Program-made: the position numbers and the translations under genes
In this document: positions 52,701 to 64,000 of the stretch, one piece after another
Position numbering within the stretch: position 1 is the first letter of the stretch
How the letters are laid out: each line of letters begins with the position of its first letter
NCBI RefSeq assembly: GCF_964355755.1
Contig: NC_092671.1
Span: forward strand, 36,962,304-37,026,303
DNA length: 64,000 nt
Direction: 5' to 3'
Origin: Antedon mediterranea
Lineage: Eukaryota > Animalia > Echinodermata
Notes under the pieces: model-generated
The model's input: only the letters and a program-made list of their open reading frames with translations
What the model was told of the DNA's origin: nothing
The model's database searches: none

Positions 52701-55700
52701 TAATATGAATATTCATTACAGGGTGGAGTTAAAGGAAAAGTGTCTCTGACAGCATATGTAGTGATTGCATTACTGGAAGCTGGAGTTGAGTCTGTGAAAG
52801 AACTTGCATCGATTGATAATGGAAAGAAATTCCTTGAAGATAACATACAGAATATAGATGACCCATACACTGCTGCCCTTACAGCTTATGCATTGGTTAA
52901 ACTTGACAGTCAGGAGTCAAACAGAGCTGTGAGAATATTAAGAAATATGGCCATTACACAAAGTAAGGATTTTTTTTTTTAAAGTCAATATAGTATTGCT
53001 AAATCAATTTTTCAGTCCTCACTAAACTTTAAATATCCCTACAAACTAGAGCAATATTTAAATCATTTCATTTGGAAAAGGAAATGTTCATGTGTTAGCG
53101 TTATTTATACAATGTATAAATAACTTTATAAATAATTTAACTTTCTATGGATCAGAGATTCCGAAATAAAATGAATGAATGAAAACACTTTTTTTTAGAT
53201 GGATACACATCTTGGCGTCTAAACGGCAATCCAGTTGAGACTGTGGCGAGGTTTGGTGGATTTGAAGACCTGAAGCAGACTATCAACTCAGCAGAAGTGG
53301 AAATGACAGCGTATGGTTTACTGACGTACACGGCATTAGGCGATATTGCATCATCATTACCAATTGTAAAATGGCTTTCACAGCAGAGGAACACACTTGG
53401 GGGCTTTACATCAACACAGGTATAAAAATCTATATATATTAGGAGTATCAGTGGTTAGATCTCAATGGAGATACAAATAAAATGATCAAAAAGCTAAATC
53501 AAAATGGTATAGTAAAAACAGCCAGAAAGCTTTTGTAAAACACTAGCAAGTGATTGGCCGAGCAGTTAAGACAGTGGAACCGTAATTACGTGGCCATAAC
53601 ATTGGCAAGGTTAGTCGAGGCTCACTCGCTCCATTGTTCTGGTGGTAGAACAAGTCTTCTCGGATAAGGACTATAAACCGTAGGTCCAGTGTACACATCT
53701 AGCTCATTTTAAAGAGATCAGTACACTTTTGAGACGAGTAGGGAGTTACCCCGGTGTATTAGTACATAACAGTCACTGATCATAAACGGGTCCTCTGGGA
53801 GACCAATCTTTGACTGAAGAGGTTGCCAAGTATAAATACATATTATTTCAATTATATTTCATCATCAGGGCTAATTCTAAAATGTTTCTACTTATCTTCA
53901 TATAGGATACTTGTATAGCTCTGCAGGCTTTGTCCGAATATGCTTCCTTGGCATATGTTGGCGGTGTTAACTTGACCATTGCCCTGGCCACTGGTAGCTT
54001 AGATCAGAGCTTTGAACAGACCTTTGAACTTAACAATGATAACAGCAAAGTATTACAGCGAGTTTCGGTAAGTGAATTATAATATATCATTATTGTTTTG
54101 TTTGTTATACATACCATACATACATACCATAGCCAACTGTTTCAATGTTAAGCTCTATCTACACTATCAAACTGTATGTGACAAAAAAATGTGCCCATAT
54201 ATGGACATGATGATGTTATATCACTACTATATTTGGGCATATCACTACCATTTTTGTCACATAAAGTGTGATAGTGTAGACAGAGCTTTATATAGTTTAT
54301 TTACTTTATATACATTGAATTGAATTGAATGGACCAGAGTTTGTTCTCTCAGTATACTTTTTATTATGAAATGTTTGTATGGTCGAATTGATCTTAATAT
54401 TCATGATTTTGTTGATTTTAATACAAGTTATTCCGAATCAGTTATTTTTAAACACAAATATGCCAGAACCAATTCTTTTAAATATTCATTGTACACTAAT
54501 TTTCCCCGTGTATGGCAAGAGATTCCTAATTATATTAGAGAACATTCTTTATTTAGTTTTAACACATTTGTGACAGCTCTCCGGTCTTATGTCAGGCAAC
54601 TTTAAACTTTTTATTTTTTTTTATCTTTAAACAATCATTTTTATTTGTACATAATATTTATATTTATAAATTTTTTAGATTCAATTTTAACGATTGTTCA
54701 ATTTGATGCCTCGCAATTTTTAAATTTTTATATCTTTGTATTTTTATTGTTTACTTATATGTCCAAGTGCAGTATATGGAGAGCCATCTCGATAGTGCTT
54801 TGCACTCATGGCAATTCTCAGGGTGCTGCACCGCTGTCTTGTCATGTATTTTTGTGCCTGAAAATTGAATAAAATAAAATAAATAAATAAAATAAATGTG
54901 AATTTAGCAACTTTAACCCATGTATAAAATGCTACACATTTAAAATGATATACAAAAAAATACAATACAGAACTAGACTGCTTACTTGGACTTGAATATC
55001 AATTATCACTTCTTGCTAATCGAACGAAAATTTCCCCTGACACTTGTTTTATTTTTCCAGATTCCCCAGATTCCAATTGTGATGTTTGTGAAAGCTGAAG
55101 GAGAAGGCTGTGGCTTGCTACAGGTAAGAACAAAAATGTGATAAAAAGCCGCTTGTAATCTTTGTTTTTTGCATTACATTGACAGATCCAGGATTTTGAA
55201 ATAGGCTGGCATAAGGAAACCTAAATGTTGTGCTGCAACAGCCTATGCCATAATTTGTAATTCATCCTATTTTCCTACCACTGTATTCCGACACTTTTTC
55301 TTCCATTTTCCAATATGTAATTATCTTTGAAGTCTATTATATTAAAATTATATTACATTTACACATAGATCGATGTCAAATATAACATACCTGATCCATC
55401 CACCAAACAAGCTTTCAAACTCAGTGTTAAAATGAGAGATGCAAAGAAGACTGCAAATTCCATTCGTAGGAGGCGCTCTACTGATGGCCAGGAGGAGTTG
55501 CAACAAAACTCTTCTGAAGAACAAGACATGGTATTGATCCAGGCTTGTGCACGCTGGCTGCACCCAGGCTCATCCAACATGGCTGTGTTAGAAGTGTCAC
55601 TCCATACCGGTCTTACTGCAGATTTAGACAGTCTTGATCAGGTAATATTGCTTTTAGATTTCCAAAGACTTTGTCTAAAAATCTTGAAGAGGGCATTCCA

Positions 55701-58700
55701 TGTTAGTAAGCGTATTTTTATTTATGCATAATGAAGACGATAAATGAATATGTATGTTTTGTTTAGTTGATTTATGATCGTTCAACTGGTGTAAAACGTT
55801 TTGAGGTTGACGGCCGAAAGGTGTTGTTCTATTTCAATGAGATTCCTAGTCAATGCCAGACGTGTATTAACTTCACCGCGTACAGAGATTATGTTGTTGG
55901 AAATCTCAAATCTGTGCCAGCAAGAATTTATGACTACTATGAGCCAAGTAAGTCAAATTACATTATCATATTGTTTTTTCCAATTCAATTCAATTCAATA
56001 AAAAAGAATGTATCTGTTATTGCATTTGTATTTTGCAATGTAGACTGGGTTACCTCGTATTATGTTGTCTTGCTTTTGTACTCTTTTCATAGAAAACCAG
56101 GCTCACCAACCCTTTTCAAGCACCTACCAAGCACACCATTCTAGATCTCTCTGCATTTATCAATTATGCCACACATGTATATACATATCCCACTCACAGT
56201 GATGACTGTATTATTTTCTCAGGTTTTGAAGCTACCCAATTTTACAACGTAAGCAGAAGTAGTTTTATTGCAAGAGACCCATGTGATGGGGATGAATGTA
56301 ATAAGCTACCAGACGATACACCAGACATGGCACAAGAACAAGGTAAATGTGTGTTACAATGTAGCTTGGTCTGATATCAGAATTGTTCCTGGCAGTGCTC
56401 TACTACTTAAACCTCCACATAAATCAAATTAGGTTTAGTATTGTTCTTCCTGTATTGTTGATGGTATTCATATCTAACCATTATGAAACTAAGAGTATCA
56501 AAGATCGTTTCTCTGCCTCTGAAAGGAGACTTCTTTATGAAAAGTCCAGATATGATAAATTTGTTTAGATATGCCAATTTCATATGTGCTACGTTTGAAC
56601 TTCAGTATGTCAATCGCTGTTGCCCAGTTCTGTTTACACTATCAAAATTTATTTGACAACAAAATGTGATGTGCCCATATATGGACATGATGATGGCCAT
56701 CACTACCATATTTGGGTATATCACTACCATATTTAGGCACATCAAACTTCTTTTGTCAAACTATAAGTTTGATAGTGTAGACTAACTAAACTTTTTACTA
56801 GTTCTAGACAATGATTGCAATACATTATCCAATGATTGTGATGATAATGATGTGGATGTGTGCGGTTGTGACCGTACATGCATTAGCACTGGAACTCAGA
56901 TCTGTGGTAGTGACAACAACTGGTATAATAGTGTCTGCCAAATGGAGGTTGCAGCTTGCAAGTCATCGTATTCTGTCTATGCAGTTCCTCCTACTTCCTG
57001 CCCAGGTACTCTTAACTTTATTTTCCAAGTTGTCTGTAATTTTTTATAGTGGGTTCAGAGTTCAAATCAAGTTTAGTTCTTAATTTGTATTTAACCCTAT
57101 TGAATTTCCATTGAAATAAGCATGAAAATAGTTAACATTTTAACGTATGAGCCATAGTGGCTTTAGAGCTAGTTATTATTGACATTTTTTAGAGCAACTT
57201 GTAATTCCGACTCCAGAACAACCGATAATCTCAACCAGTCGACCAGTGGATGTCAATTTTGCAGGTTAGAAATAGTTTGGCTCACTTTCTCTCTTACAAA
57301 TAGTATCTTATCCAGTTTTAAATTAGATTAATATCAGCAGTCTTGTGCACTGTATTTCTAGTTTATACAATACCAAATGAAAATATTAGCAGTTAATAAT
57401 GAAAACTTAAAATATTCCATTTCCATTTTCCAAACTTGGTTAAAGCATCATGTTTTTTATTCTCAATGTGAAGAATACGGTAGCTCTGGAGACATAGGAG
57501 CAGTGTACCAACCTGAGATGGTAGACTATAGCAGCAGGTTAGGTTCTATGTATGAACTGATTTCCTCCAAATTACAACCTAATGCTGATATCGTTGAAGA
57601 TGCAGGTGAGAAAGCTTTGGTATGGTTACTTGGTACCTTACTTAATTTAAGATCCATGGATTGCATTAGTTACCCTACTCTCCCCATTTTAATAACTGGC
57701 CCGTTGCCATTGCTGAATTTTGAATAACCATCTGTTCTGGAAATCTTTTTAAATCTGCCAGAGATAGGCTGAGCATAGTGAAACTTATGGTGCTGAGTTG
57801 TACATTCTATAAAAAGCTTCTTTGAATTTTCTTTTTTTGGTATCAAGAATGTAAGTGTAATTTTATTTATTGATAATAGAATGATATTAATTTATAGTAA
57901 ACGTTGATGGAGATATTGATTATGAAGAAGACCTGATTGACTTGACAGAAGAAACATTATCTGGAGAGAAAGTTGGAAATGATTATTTTGACTTGGCAGA
58001 AGAAAAATTACCAATAGAGGAAGTTGAAAAAGAGTTGATTGACTTAACAGAAGGAATATTACCCAGAGAAGAAGTTGAAAAAGATTATTTTGACTTAGCA
58101 GATGAAAAATTACCTGAAGAACTAGAAAAAGAGGAAATTGACTTAACAGAAGGAACTTTACCAGGAGAGGAAGTTGAAAAAGAGGAGATTGGCTTAACAG
58201 AAGAAACATTACCTGAAGAAGAACTAGAAAAAGAGGAAATTGGCTTAACAGAAGGACCTTTACAAGGAGAGGAAGTTGAAAAAGAAGTTGAAAATGATTA
58301 TTTTGACTTAACAGAAGGAACATTACCTGAAAAAGAACTAGAAAAACAGGAAATTGACTTAACAGAAGGAACTTTACCAGCAGAGGAAGTTGAAAAAGAG
58401 GAGATTAGCTTAACAGAAGAAACATTACTTGAAGAAGAACTAGAAAAAGAGGAAATTGACTTAACAGAAGGAACATTACCAGGAGAGGAAGTTGAAGACG
58501 ATTATTTTGACTTAGCAGATGAAAAATTACCCAAAGAAAAACTAGAAAAAGAGGAAATTGACTTAACAGAAGGAACATTACCAGGAGAGGAAGTTGAAAA
58601 AGAGGAGGTTGGTTTAACAGAAGGAGCATTACTTGAAAAAGAACTAGAAAAAAAGGAAATTGACTTAACAGAAGGAACATTAACAGAAGAGGAAGTTAAA

Positions 58701-61277
58701 AAAGAGGAGGATGTCTTAACAAAAGGAACATTACTAAGAAAAGAAGTTGAAAATGATTACTTTCACTTAGCAGAGGAAAAAGTACCTAGAGAGGAAGTTG
58801 AAAAAGAGATTGGCTTACCAGAAGGAACATTACCCAAAGAAGAACTTGAAAAACAGGAGATTGAATTTACTGAAGAAAAAGTACCTAGAGAGGAAGTTGA
58901 ACAAGATTATTTTTACTTAGCAGAAGAAAAAGACAAATTACCCAGAGAGGAAGTTGAAAAAGACTATTTTGACTTAGCAGAAGAAAAATTACCTAGAGTG
59001 GAAGTTGAAAAAGAGGAGGTTGGTTTAACAAATGGATCGTTACCTGAAGAAGAACTTGAAAAAGACGAAACTGAACTAAAAGAAGTGATTTTAACTAGAG
59101 AGGAAGTTGAACAAGATTATTTTGACTTAGCAGATGAAAAATTACCTAGATATGAAGTTGAAAAAGAAGAGGTTGACTTAACAGAAGGAATATTAGTGGA
59201 AGAAGAACTAGAAAAAGAGGAGATTGAATTAACAGAAGGAACTTCACCTGAAGAACTTGAAAAGGAGCAAATTGAATTAAGAGAAGAAACATTACCTGAA
59301 GGAGAACTTGAAAAAGAGGAAATTAGAAATGATTATTTTTACTTAGCAGAAGGAAAATTACCAGGAGAAGAAGTTGAGAAAGAGGAGGTTGGCTTAACAA
59401 ATGGAACATTATCTAAAGAAGAGCTTAAAAAAGAGGAGGTTGGCTTAACAGAAGCATTGCTCGAGGAAGAGGAAGTATCAACTGTCCTTGTTGAGCTCCA
59501 AACCGATGTTAGCGATATCCTTCTACAATCTTCAAACTATATGTCCTATCTGGCTGAATCCTTCTATACAGTTGACATTGATCAGCAAGACCCTTTTCCT
59601 GAAATGGTTACCCCTCATAAAGATCCAAGTCATGAAATTGACCAAACTCAAGCGCAAGAACCCACTCCCAAACTTGACCCCACCCATGAGGAAGAACTTG
59701 TCCATAAAATACTATCCTTTCAACAGCAGGAACCTACTGAAAAGAACTCCACCCATCAACAACAGAACTCTACCCAAGTTGTTGGAAATCAGCAAGAACC
59801 AGTATCTGAAGTTGTTGCAACCCATGTGCAGGAATCGCTTAATAAACTAGATACCACTCGCCAACCAGCAGTAACAGACGGTTCTACCCAAGAACCGACA
59901 GTTATTGTTGAGCAGACAACTGAGATTGTAGAGGTTGAGGAAGAGAAGGATACAAAGGTACTGGAATAGAAATACATAGAAAGTAATAAAAAGAATTAAA
60001 ACATTTAAGATATAAAGTTACACTAATCAGTTTTTTAAATTAATACATTGTTGAGTCAATTATATATATATATACGATATAAAAATATATACAGTACATA
60101 GAAATCAATAAAAAGTTAAAAACATTATAATAAAAAAGTTAGTTAAAAGTATTTAAAACAATTTCTACATTTTAATAATAATTCTTCAGTTGCTAGAATT
60201 AGTGGAGTCATCAACCGTTACGCCGATGGTGCCATCGACAGACCACTTCCCAACTGATAGTGCTTCCACAGAAGAAATTGTTAAAAAACCAACACAAATA
60301 TCCTTACAGAAGGAAGAAATTGTTGGTGAAACAGAGGTCGAATATAAGGTAATCACATCATCATTTTTAAAACTTTAGTTTTACATTTTAGACTCTGCCT
60401 CCCTAAATGTATTTTAAAAAAAAATCTCTTCTCTTATTATTAGCCTGTCATGTTTTGACCTTTACCTGTCTTTTCTATACTGTATCTTTATTTTAAGGCT
60501 CGCCCAACACAAGATGTTTATCTTCATCTGTCCGGGCATCTGCCTTTGACCTATTATTATATATATATGCATTGTATTTTTATTTTTATTTTTTGTCAGA
60601 GTTTGTAAATAAATGTTATGAAATGAAACGAATACTGGTAGTTAGGTTGATGTTTTATTTAATAATACTAGTATTATATTATGTAACACCATAATTGAGA
60701 AAAGTTCTAATAAGATTATTGGTAATATATTAGTAGTAGTAATTTGTAGTATGTTTAAAGTTGTTTTTTATCACCTCTAATTCCGAAAATTACGATACAA
60801 AAGAATGATAAAACTTTAGGTTAAGTTGAGCACAATTGTACACTTTCAAAATCTTAGATCCACCAGTCGTTTCCCTTTTGTAATAGAATTGAGATTTGTA
60901 ATTGAGATTTAATAGAAAAAATAAGATGTATTATTCATTCATTAATTTTAATCAAACTGTTACAACTGTTTTGAATTATAATTTACTTGTTTATTATTTC
61001 ATTTTAGATATCAAATGTCAGTAACTCGACATTAGTAGAACATGCAGATGTGATCTTTGACAAAATAGTGCACTATCTTGACAGGCCTGCTTCTGATGAT
61101 CCATCAAGATCAGCTGATACAACCGCAGAAAAAGAAAACAACACAAAAGAACAACTCGAACAACATCACAAAGATAAAAAACATCACAAAGTGAATGTCA
61201 GTCCAAGAAGCAATCCGTCAGAGCAGACAAGTCTTCTTCAATTAGGTAAAGTTAATCACGAATTAAGGGGAGAATAA
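25706..61277 (+). CDS. CPAMD8: C3/PZP-like alpha-2-macroglobulin domain thioester protein (CPAMD8 type), ~40 exons, with an acidic C-terminal extension
   Basis: Signal peptide exon 25706-25794; 31167-31318 ([11 protein letters not shown]); micro-exon 31825-31847; 33047-33215 ([13 protein letters not shown]); further MG-domain exons to 42668; RKKR furin site ~45428; FPDTWIW ~46495; farnesoic-acid O-methyltransferase-like insert ~49379-50947; thioester PFGCGEQNM (51270-51536); [23 protein letters not shown] (51916-52154); GGFTSTQ-DT; SNMAVLEV; YDYYEP; Kazal domain ~56801-57005; exons 57193-57264, 57474-57605, 57898-59957, 60190-60348, 61008-61277. TEP + FAMeT insert + Kazal is the CPAMD8 architecture. 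Confidence 0.93.
26480..26552 (+). mobile_element. Probable Helentron/DINE-like element end
   Basis: (ACCG/ACCA)n microsatellite, ACATAGTGAGC, hairpin AGTCGCGTGCACGCGACT, A-run; related microsatellite end at ~31955-31997. Confidence 0.4.
27197..30574. mobile_element. Foldback non-autonomous transposon with asymmetric ends and 8-bp TSD (family member B, 3.4 kb)
   Basis: AAACGTTA|GAGTGGGGTTGGTGAAATC...GATTTCACCAACCCTATTG|AAACGTTA; inverted arms of ~310 bp with GTCCATAATAGG repeats; inserted into the first unit of the adjacent minisatellite. Confidence 0.85.
27751..28198. mobile_element. Nested ~450-bp inverted-repeat element (Helentron/HINE-like MITE)
   Basis: Inverted arms CTAAAGATACGGTACCGTATCCAT...ATAGAGGGCGCT / AGCGCCCTCTAT...ATGGATACGGTACCGTATCTTTAG; internal CCTAAATATAAAACTCCTT repeats and CCTAACCCT. 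Confidence 0.6.
30575..30890. repeat. ~33-bp minisatellite
   Basis: Unit ~GCGATTAAGTGGAAAAGTTAGCACTGTAACTTT, about 8-9 copies; the first unit is split by the 27197-30574 insertion. Confidence 0.85.
34895..35070 (-). mobile_element. tRNA-derived SINE (same family as 6468-6610)
   Basis: Closely similar to 13135-13320, including the CTCGCCAATTACAGGAT end. Confidence 0.65.
36060..36363. mobile_element. TTAA-flanked MITE (Kolobok-like)
   Basis: TTAA|AGATATATTGTCCCCC...GGGGGACAATACATCT|TTAA; related copies at ~44109-44371, ~45987-46221, ~50373-50696. Confidence 0.7.
39200..39480 (-). pseudogene. Possible highly degenerate LINE endonuclease fragment
   Basis: Frameshifted peptides resembling KGGGV..Y / EVI..ALRP.KLP..SCIM.AA from CR1/L2 APE domains; weak. 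Confidence 0.25.
39692..40057 (+). mobile_element. Deu/Nin-domain SINE with an alternative L2-like tail
   Basis: Same head and body as 17401-17697 and 53546-53845 up to GGTTACCCCGGTGTACTAGT, then a different tail ending CAGCGCT...GCTATATAAATGTCG(CATTA)n. Confidence 0.65.
41446..41634. repeat. 14-bp minisatellite
   Basis: TGAGATACTGCACA x ~13, directly after a MITE end. Confidence 0.85.
42667..43560. repeat. ~64-bp tandem array, 14 copies: splice donor plus MITE terminus
   Basis: Unit AGGTATATGTACAAAGATAGGCATAGTATAATGAGTTCTTAAGCTTGGTTCCCACTAGAGACGC starts at the exon donor at 42669; the last unit runs into a full MITE. Confidence 0.92.
43538..43685. mobile_element. ~150-bp MITE
   Basis: TIR AGCTTGGTTCGCACTAGAGAC...GTCTCTAGTGCGTACCATGCT; internal inverted CAATCACAAGCGAT/ATCGCTTGTGATTG. 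Confidence 0.7.
52155..52460. repeat. 16-18-bp tandem array of GTAAGT-containing units
   Basis: GAGTAAGTGACCTAAGTT x ~17, beginning at the authentic donor CAA|GTAAGT (52155). Confidence 0.9.
53546..53845 (+). mobile_element. tRNA-headed SINE with Deu/Nin-like domain
   Basis: TGATTGGCCGAGCAGTTAAGAC head; CGGATAAGGACTATAAACCGTAGGTCC...AAAGAGATC...GAGTAGGGAGTTACCCCGGTGT; same tail as the 17401-17697 copy. Confidence 0.7.
54330..54897 (+). mobile_element. 3' fragment of a CR1/L2-group LINE
   Basis: ORF 54366-54605 ([26 protein letters not shown]...FVTALRSY) resembles the LINE ORF2 C-terminus; 3' UTR stem-loop and (AATAA)n tail. Confidence 0.6.
57898..59957 (+). repeat. Coding 17-aa (51-bp) acidic repeat exon of CPAMD8
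   Basis: Units like [17 protein letters not shown] and [17 protein letters not shown], about 30 copies, then a Q/T/P-rich stretch; stop-free for 2 kb and phase-compatible with the flanking exons. Confidence 0.85.
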
Positions 61278-61594
61278 TTAATCATATTTATATAATTTTA
61301 TTGTATAGAATTGCTGTCAACAATGTAAATGTTATTCTTTGTTTTTCGTTTACATTTTATAAGAACAATGATAAAATAGGGAAATTATGTGAGATTATAC
61401 CATCTCGTATTATAATAATATAGTAATATTGTATTATATACTGAGGATTACCTCAATGATCTATATATAGTTAGACCAATACGTAATGTGTGTGAAGTGA
61501 CACAAAAAATTTTGAAGAAGAAAATGTGATACTGTATTTGAATCGTGTTTTTTTTTGTTAATCTTAAAATGTACACAGTAATCAGTCACTGCCA

Positions 61595-61812
61595 TTTTAG
61601 TTACGCCTATAGCATTGCTTTTATCCTTAGGCAAGACACTTTACTTACATTTGCCTCTCTCCACCCAGGTGTATAAATGGGTACCTTTGCGATTACTAGC
61701 TGCATTATGGGAGTTTGTTCCATACATGTTTGATCCAAAAAAATGACCGGGGTAATAATGTGCAGCGCATTGAGAGCTTGATTATGCGCTATATAAGAAT
61801 GAATTATTATTG
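61595..61812 (+). mobile_element. SINE fragment with CORE-like domain and L2-like tail
   Basis: CCTTAGGCAAGACACTTTAC...TGCCTCTCTCCACCCAGGTGTATAAATGGGTACC...CAGCGCATTGAG...GCGCTATATAAGAAT(ATT)n. Confidence 0.6.
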
Positions 61813-63754
61813 TACAGTAAAATTACTATGAATACATGTTTGATATTCATGATACATTTGACGCTTAAAACTTTCACTTTCTCTGAAAATGTTTATAAAT
61901 GGCCGCTGATGTCAGTCGTCAATTTTTCGGAATAGTCTACACAGACTCAATTGTGCCCGCGATGTGTCACTGATTAATTATGATGATCGCATGATATGAC
62001 GTAGATACGATTACGTCAAGGAAACTAGTACTGACGTCATAAATTGACCATCATTACTTTGAACCAATCAGAAGAGAGAATACCACGACATCTATTCCGA
62101 AAAGTCATATATTGTAGTAAAGAATATCGAAATTAATGTAAATATAGCGTAAGTGTATTGGACAAAAAAGTCGTACATTTTTGCCCTCTTTAAAATTTAA
62201 ATGTATTATTGTTGCAACATTAATACTAATATTCGCGCTCTATACGTAGTTTGTAAGAATTATTTTAAAATAAAGTTCGTAAATGTTTGCTCTCTTTTAT
62301 AGTTAACTATTGTAGCCACGTAAATACTACAGTATATAATCGCTGTACACGTTTCTATATATCTATATCTGCTGTAACAATGATACACATTCTAATATAC
62401 ACAACGGTTTTTAATGGTTTTTTAACATTCTAATATATACAATCTCCCTCATATTTAATGGTTTTTTAAATCAACTTTTGTCAAAATATCATATCAAAAA
62501 AAACATGCGGTTACCCAGCAAACAATGTTTATTTTGTGACCAATTTCTTTTTTCTTTTATTTACATAAAATATAACAACAGTCTATTGCGAAGCACAAAA
62601 ATGATAACTGAGTCTAAATTTAGCCCAGTGACAAAATAAAAGTGATTATAACATTACATTTGTACACAAATTGAACGCTGTTGTGTTGAGTATAGTTATA
62701 CATACAAGTATATTACAGTATCTTACACACTGGAGAATGGTTTATTTTGTATACACGTGTACAATATTATTTGATTACCTACAGTGGCCTTAAAAATGTT
62801 TGATTCGTGTGTGTATATGCTGTTATTTTTGTATCATTTTTTTTTTGTGTTATAACGTGGTGTTTTACGCGCTGTCTACACTTATATCAAACTTTATTTG
62901 ACAAAAAAAATGTGACGTTCCCATATATGGACATGATGACGTCATATCACTACCATATTTGGGTACATCACACTTTTTTGTCAAACTAGTTTAATAGTGT
63001 AGATAGAGCTTAAGGGTCGCTTCGTCTTTCGAAACAATTACACTAGAGGTTTTTATTAAACCGCATTAAATGTACATAACAATAGGTACTATATTCTTTT
63101 CTATAACACTGTAAAACGTTTTTCTTAGCTTAAGTCCGAGACATAATTATTACCAATATATGTCTCTGTTTCAGTGAAGTTTTATGTGCTATATAAACTT
63201 TTGACATTATAATCTTTATCATTGTCTCACGGTGTTTTCTTCAACAATACAATGCAACAATTGAAACTTTGGTTTTCGAAACAAGTGACGCATTACTCAA
63301 GTGTCAATATAATCCCGGTGAACATTTCCGTTTTAAGAACAGGTCGAGCATACATACCCTACACAGAAACTCACTCGCATACATCAACTCGGTAATTACT
63401 TATAATGAAAACTATCCTATTTTTTACCTTCGTCGTATACAGTTTCGAATTAATTTACAATTAACAGATTATCACCTTTGATTGTATTTCTCACTGGACT
63501 TTGTCCTATACATGGTATTTCGCTTTTACGAGCTTTGTATAACGAAAGTCGAAAACAGGTGTATGTTACAAATTATAGTCTTATCATTATAATCTACCAT
63601 ATTAATTATTTAACATGTTCTTGTATATTATAAATGATTACGTTAATTACGAATTATTATCGACGATGAAATTTAAACCATTTAAATATTTAATAGTCAC
63701 CGATTTAATGAATATCTAAATCAACGTTACGTCATTCGGGATTAAATTGCGTCA

Positions 63755-64000
63755 TCAGATATTATCAATTGCGTCACTTGGTTGTGCAAGTTTTGCATAT
63801 TGCGTTTTCATCGATATATCGGAGTGTATTTCAGAAGAACAGTTTTGGTTAATTTCCAGATCTGCATACTTCAATCCCTCGGCGTTTAATTTCCGCGGAT
63901 CAACGACAGCAACAGGCGACTGTATTAAAACCTCTTCGTATTTATTTTTTCCTACGTAATTTTGTGACGGTGACGCCGCTACGTTTGTTAGTTCCGCGTA
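63755..64000 (-). CDS. Terminal exon of a probable inhibitory receptor cytoplasmic tail (ITIM/ITSM-like motifs); gene continues beyond the window
   Basis: Open frame from the window edge: YAELTNVAASPSQNYVGKNKYEEVLIQSPVAVVDPRKLNAEGLKYADLEINQNCSSEIHSDISMKTQYAKLAQPSDAIDNI*, containing YAEL, LKYADL and TQYAKL. Confidence 0.65.
   Translation of the reverse strand, partial: YAELTNVAASPSQNYVGKNKYEEVLIQSPVAVVDPRKLNAEGLKYADLEINQNCSSEIHSDISMKTQYAKLAQPSDAIDNI

Noticed and set aside
63747-63959. Plus-strand 70-aa ORF
   Set aside because: Non-ATG start and no recognisable motifs; the minus-strand frame with ITIM-like motifs explains the region better.

Overview
AT-rich, intron-rich animal genomic DNA. 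An echinoderm is inferred from the SPKK-type sperm H2B and the H2A 'RINPRH' variant. There are no prokaryotic features and no CRISPR array. Genes built by hand from GT-AG boundaries: the 3' half of RALBP1 (+, to 7213); TMEM232 (-, 18812-8769); LYRM7 (+, 19733-21885), head-to-head with TMEM232; a solitary divergent H2B/H2A pair with stem-loops (22415-23524); a ~40-exon CPAMD8-type thioester protein (+, 25706-61277) carrying an unusual ~690-aa acidic repeat exon after the Kazal domain; and, at the right edge on the - strand, the last exon of a probable ITIM/ITSM-bearing receptor that the ORF track misses. Introns hold many non-autonomous elements. These include an inverted Penelope-like insertion with two minimal hammerhead ribozymes, two foldback elements with shared asymmetric ends and 8-bp TSDs, an IS3EU-like element, a TGT..ACA element, about 16 Harbinger-like MITEs, Kolobok-like MITEs and Deu-domain SINEs. 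Two tandem arrays amplify a CPAMD8 splice donor. Gene names and TE superfamilies come from recalled family motifs, not from database searches. Coordinates marked ~ are approximate.
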